A DNA stretch of 63,537 nucleotides, counting the filler, from Folioceros fuciformis (lineage: Eukaryota), in NCBI GenBank assembly GCA_049999805.1. It is 13 parts of 13 records of this genome, joined end to end, with 100 filler letters (N's around TTAATTAATTAA, not from the genome) between each part and the next. Parts side by side here need not be neighbours in the genome. Positions count along the whole stretch, not along the records: positions 61,838 to 63,537 come from JBNGIO010003818.1; 12 more parts are not named here. One strand, given 5' to 3'. Made by a program: the position numbers and the translations under genes. Below the pieces are notes generated by a model, which was given only the letters and a program-made list of their open reading frames with translations, did no database searches and was not told the DNA's origin. This document shows, in pieces, positions 61,738-63,537 of this stretch (position 1 is the first letter of the stretch; each line of letters opens with the position of its first letter).

Positions 61738-63537
61738 NNNNNNNNNNNNNNNNNNNNNNNNNNNNNNNNNNNNNNNNNNNNTTAATTAATTAANNNNNNN
61801 NNNNNNNNNNNNNNNNNNNNNNNNNNNNNNNNNNNNNGAAGCCTTCCTTCCTCTTCCAGCACACTTCCTAAGGTATGACTCCCCCCAGCCCTTTGTTATT
61901 CTCTCCTCTCCCATTCATTCTTGGTCATCCCACCTTTCTCTTAAATCTTTTATCTCTATTTCCACTCCCCATCACTCCGTCATCAAGTTTCTCAACCTCC
62001 CCATTCTCAAACTCATGATTTGACAAATAGGCTCGTCCTGCACTAGCTCGCGTAATTCTAGAACCCTTGAACTTGTTTCCTCATGTTAGAAATTTTATAA
62101 TCAGCTTAAGAAAATTAACAAGTCAAGGTTTGATAACTTTTGAAGCTGCTCTCTTTCTACACTAATTTGTGCCCAAACCAGCATGGAAATAGTGTAGAAT
62201 ACACCAGCTCAAAAAGAATGCTAGAAGACTGAACGTCTTGTAGCATTCCACACTAAGTTCTTCTCTCCCTCCTTTCTTTCTAAACGTGCCACCAAGCTTT
62301 CTACATCTGCAAAATGTCTCTTAAGCACTACAAGATCTTCACAAAACACTTCCAATTGACGCCAAATACACGGTCTGGAGCACCCTATGATAAGGCTTTG
62401 CAAACTTTGCTGCCTTCGTTCTTTTCCTTCCTCTTCTTTTTTGGGCTTTTGATTCTCCTTTGCAATTTGGTCGCTCTTTTCTTCCTTCTTCTCCTCAGCT
62501 TCTATTACATTCTCTTTCGCAAGTTCACACTCTTTGACATGTTCGGATTGACCTGCACAACTTCTATTACACTGTACACCCACGTCGCCCACCGATCTTT
62601 TCTAAACAATCAAAATACAAAACACAACAAAAAACCTCACTATTTCTTCAATGTTTATATTATGATGGAAGAGTTGAAGACTAGTCCAGATAAGCTCATA
62701 TTCACATTACAAGGTGCAGAAAAGGAGTTGAAGCAACATAAATAATCTAAGATTATTTATGATGATTTATAAATAAAAATATCAACACATACAAAATTTA
62801 TGGAAAGCAAAAACTGANNNNNNNNNNNNNNNNNNNNNNNNNNNNNNNNNNNNNNNNNNNNNNNNNNNNNNNNNNNNNNNNNNNNNNNNNNNNNNNNNNN
62901 NNNNNNNNNNNNNNNNNTGGCATGCACTTTGTGTGTGCCACTGCTCAATAAAAGGGATTTAAAAAAAAAAAAATGAGCTTGGCATGCTAAACTACACATT
63001 TGGATTTGGTTGGCATATACAAGTGCGTGCTAACCACCTCCAAATGTGCACCTGTCCACCTAACTAGCTCTTTGCATGTCATTTTATGAAACAATCAATT
63101 CCTAATGCACATTTATTCATACTAGCTGGCTCTCAGTATCCACAAGTGCACGCTAGCGAGTTATTAGCGTGCACTTGTGTACGCTAGATTGATCGATGCA
63201 AACAAGTGCACGCTAGCTACTAGCTAGAGGATGAGTTGATTTACACACCTTTATTTCTTTCAGCAACTAAAGATTAAGGAATTTTTGCATTTGATTTTTT
63301 TTTTTAAATTTTGGGGTACTTTAAACATAGGCTACATCCGCGCACAATTGTCACCAATAGCCTAGCAACCATTTAGAGTCAAATTTACATCAAACAACTT
63401 ATGTCTTTCCATCATATTTTTAGACTTTTATAAAACTCTAAACTTTGTTACTTTCTTTACGTATGCAAACTCAAACAATTCCAAGAATAAAAAGATGTCT
63501 ATTTATTTCACTTTCAAGAAAAAAATTACATTCCTTG

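Noticed and set aside
62221-62745. Lys/Glu-rich ORF and its Phe/Leu-rich antisense ORF
   Set aside because: Compositionally biased with no identifiable domain; probably TE debris.

Overview
Non-seed land-plant nuclear DNA, most likely a hornwort. The evidence is a DYW:KP-type PPR protein, short introns (mostly ~80-100 bp) and compact genes. The window is a concatenation of ~13 small scaffolds joined by N-TTAATTAATTAA-N spacers, so adjacency across spacers is not biological. The first ~25 kb and 38-44 kb are mostly LTR-retrotransposon debris. This includes a complete 6.65-kb Ty1/copia element (LTRs, PBS, PPT, 5-bp TSD, two extra ORFs) nested in an older copia RT, Athila-like Ty3/gypsy pieces, and one scaffold with a fungal RIP signature. 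The gene-rich scaffolds carry a vacuolar sorting receptor, an intact PLS-PPR DYW:KP candidate U-to-C RNA editing factor, two PPR pseudogenes, an SMP/C2 (NTMC2T5-like) gene, a non-RD LRR receptor kinase, a small OB-fold/Zn-ribbon gene and ELF5/WBP11. The most striking observation is that the PPR genes carry N-terminal motifs resembling the PDF motifs of organellar ssDNA-binding OSB proteins.
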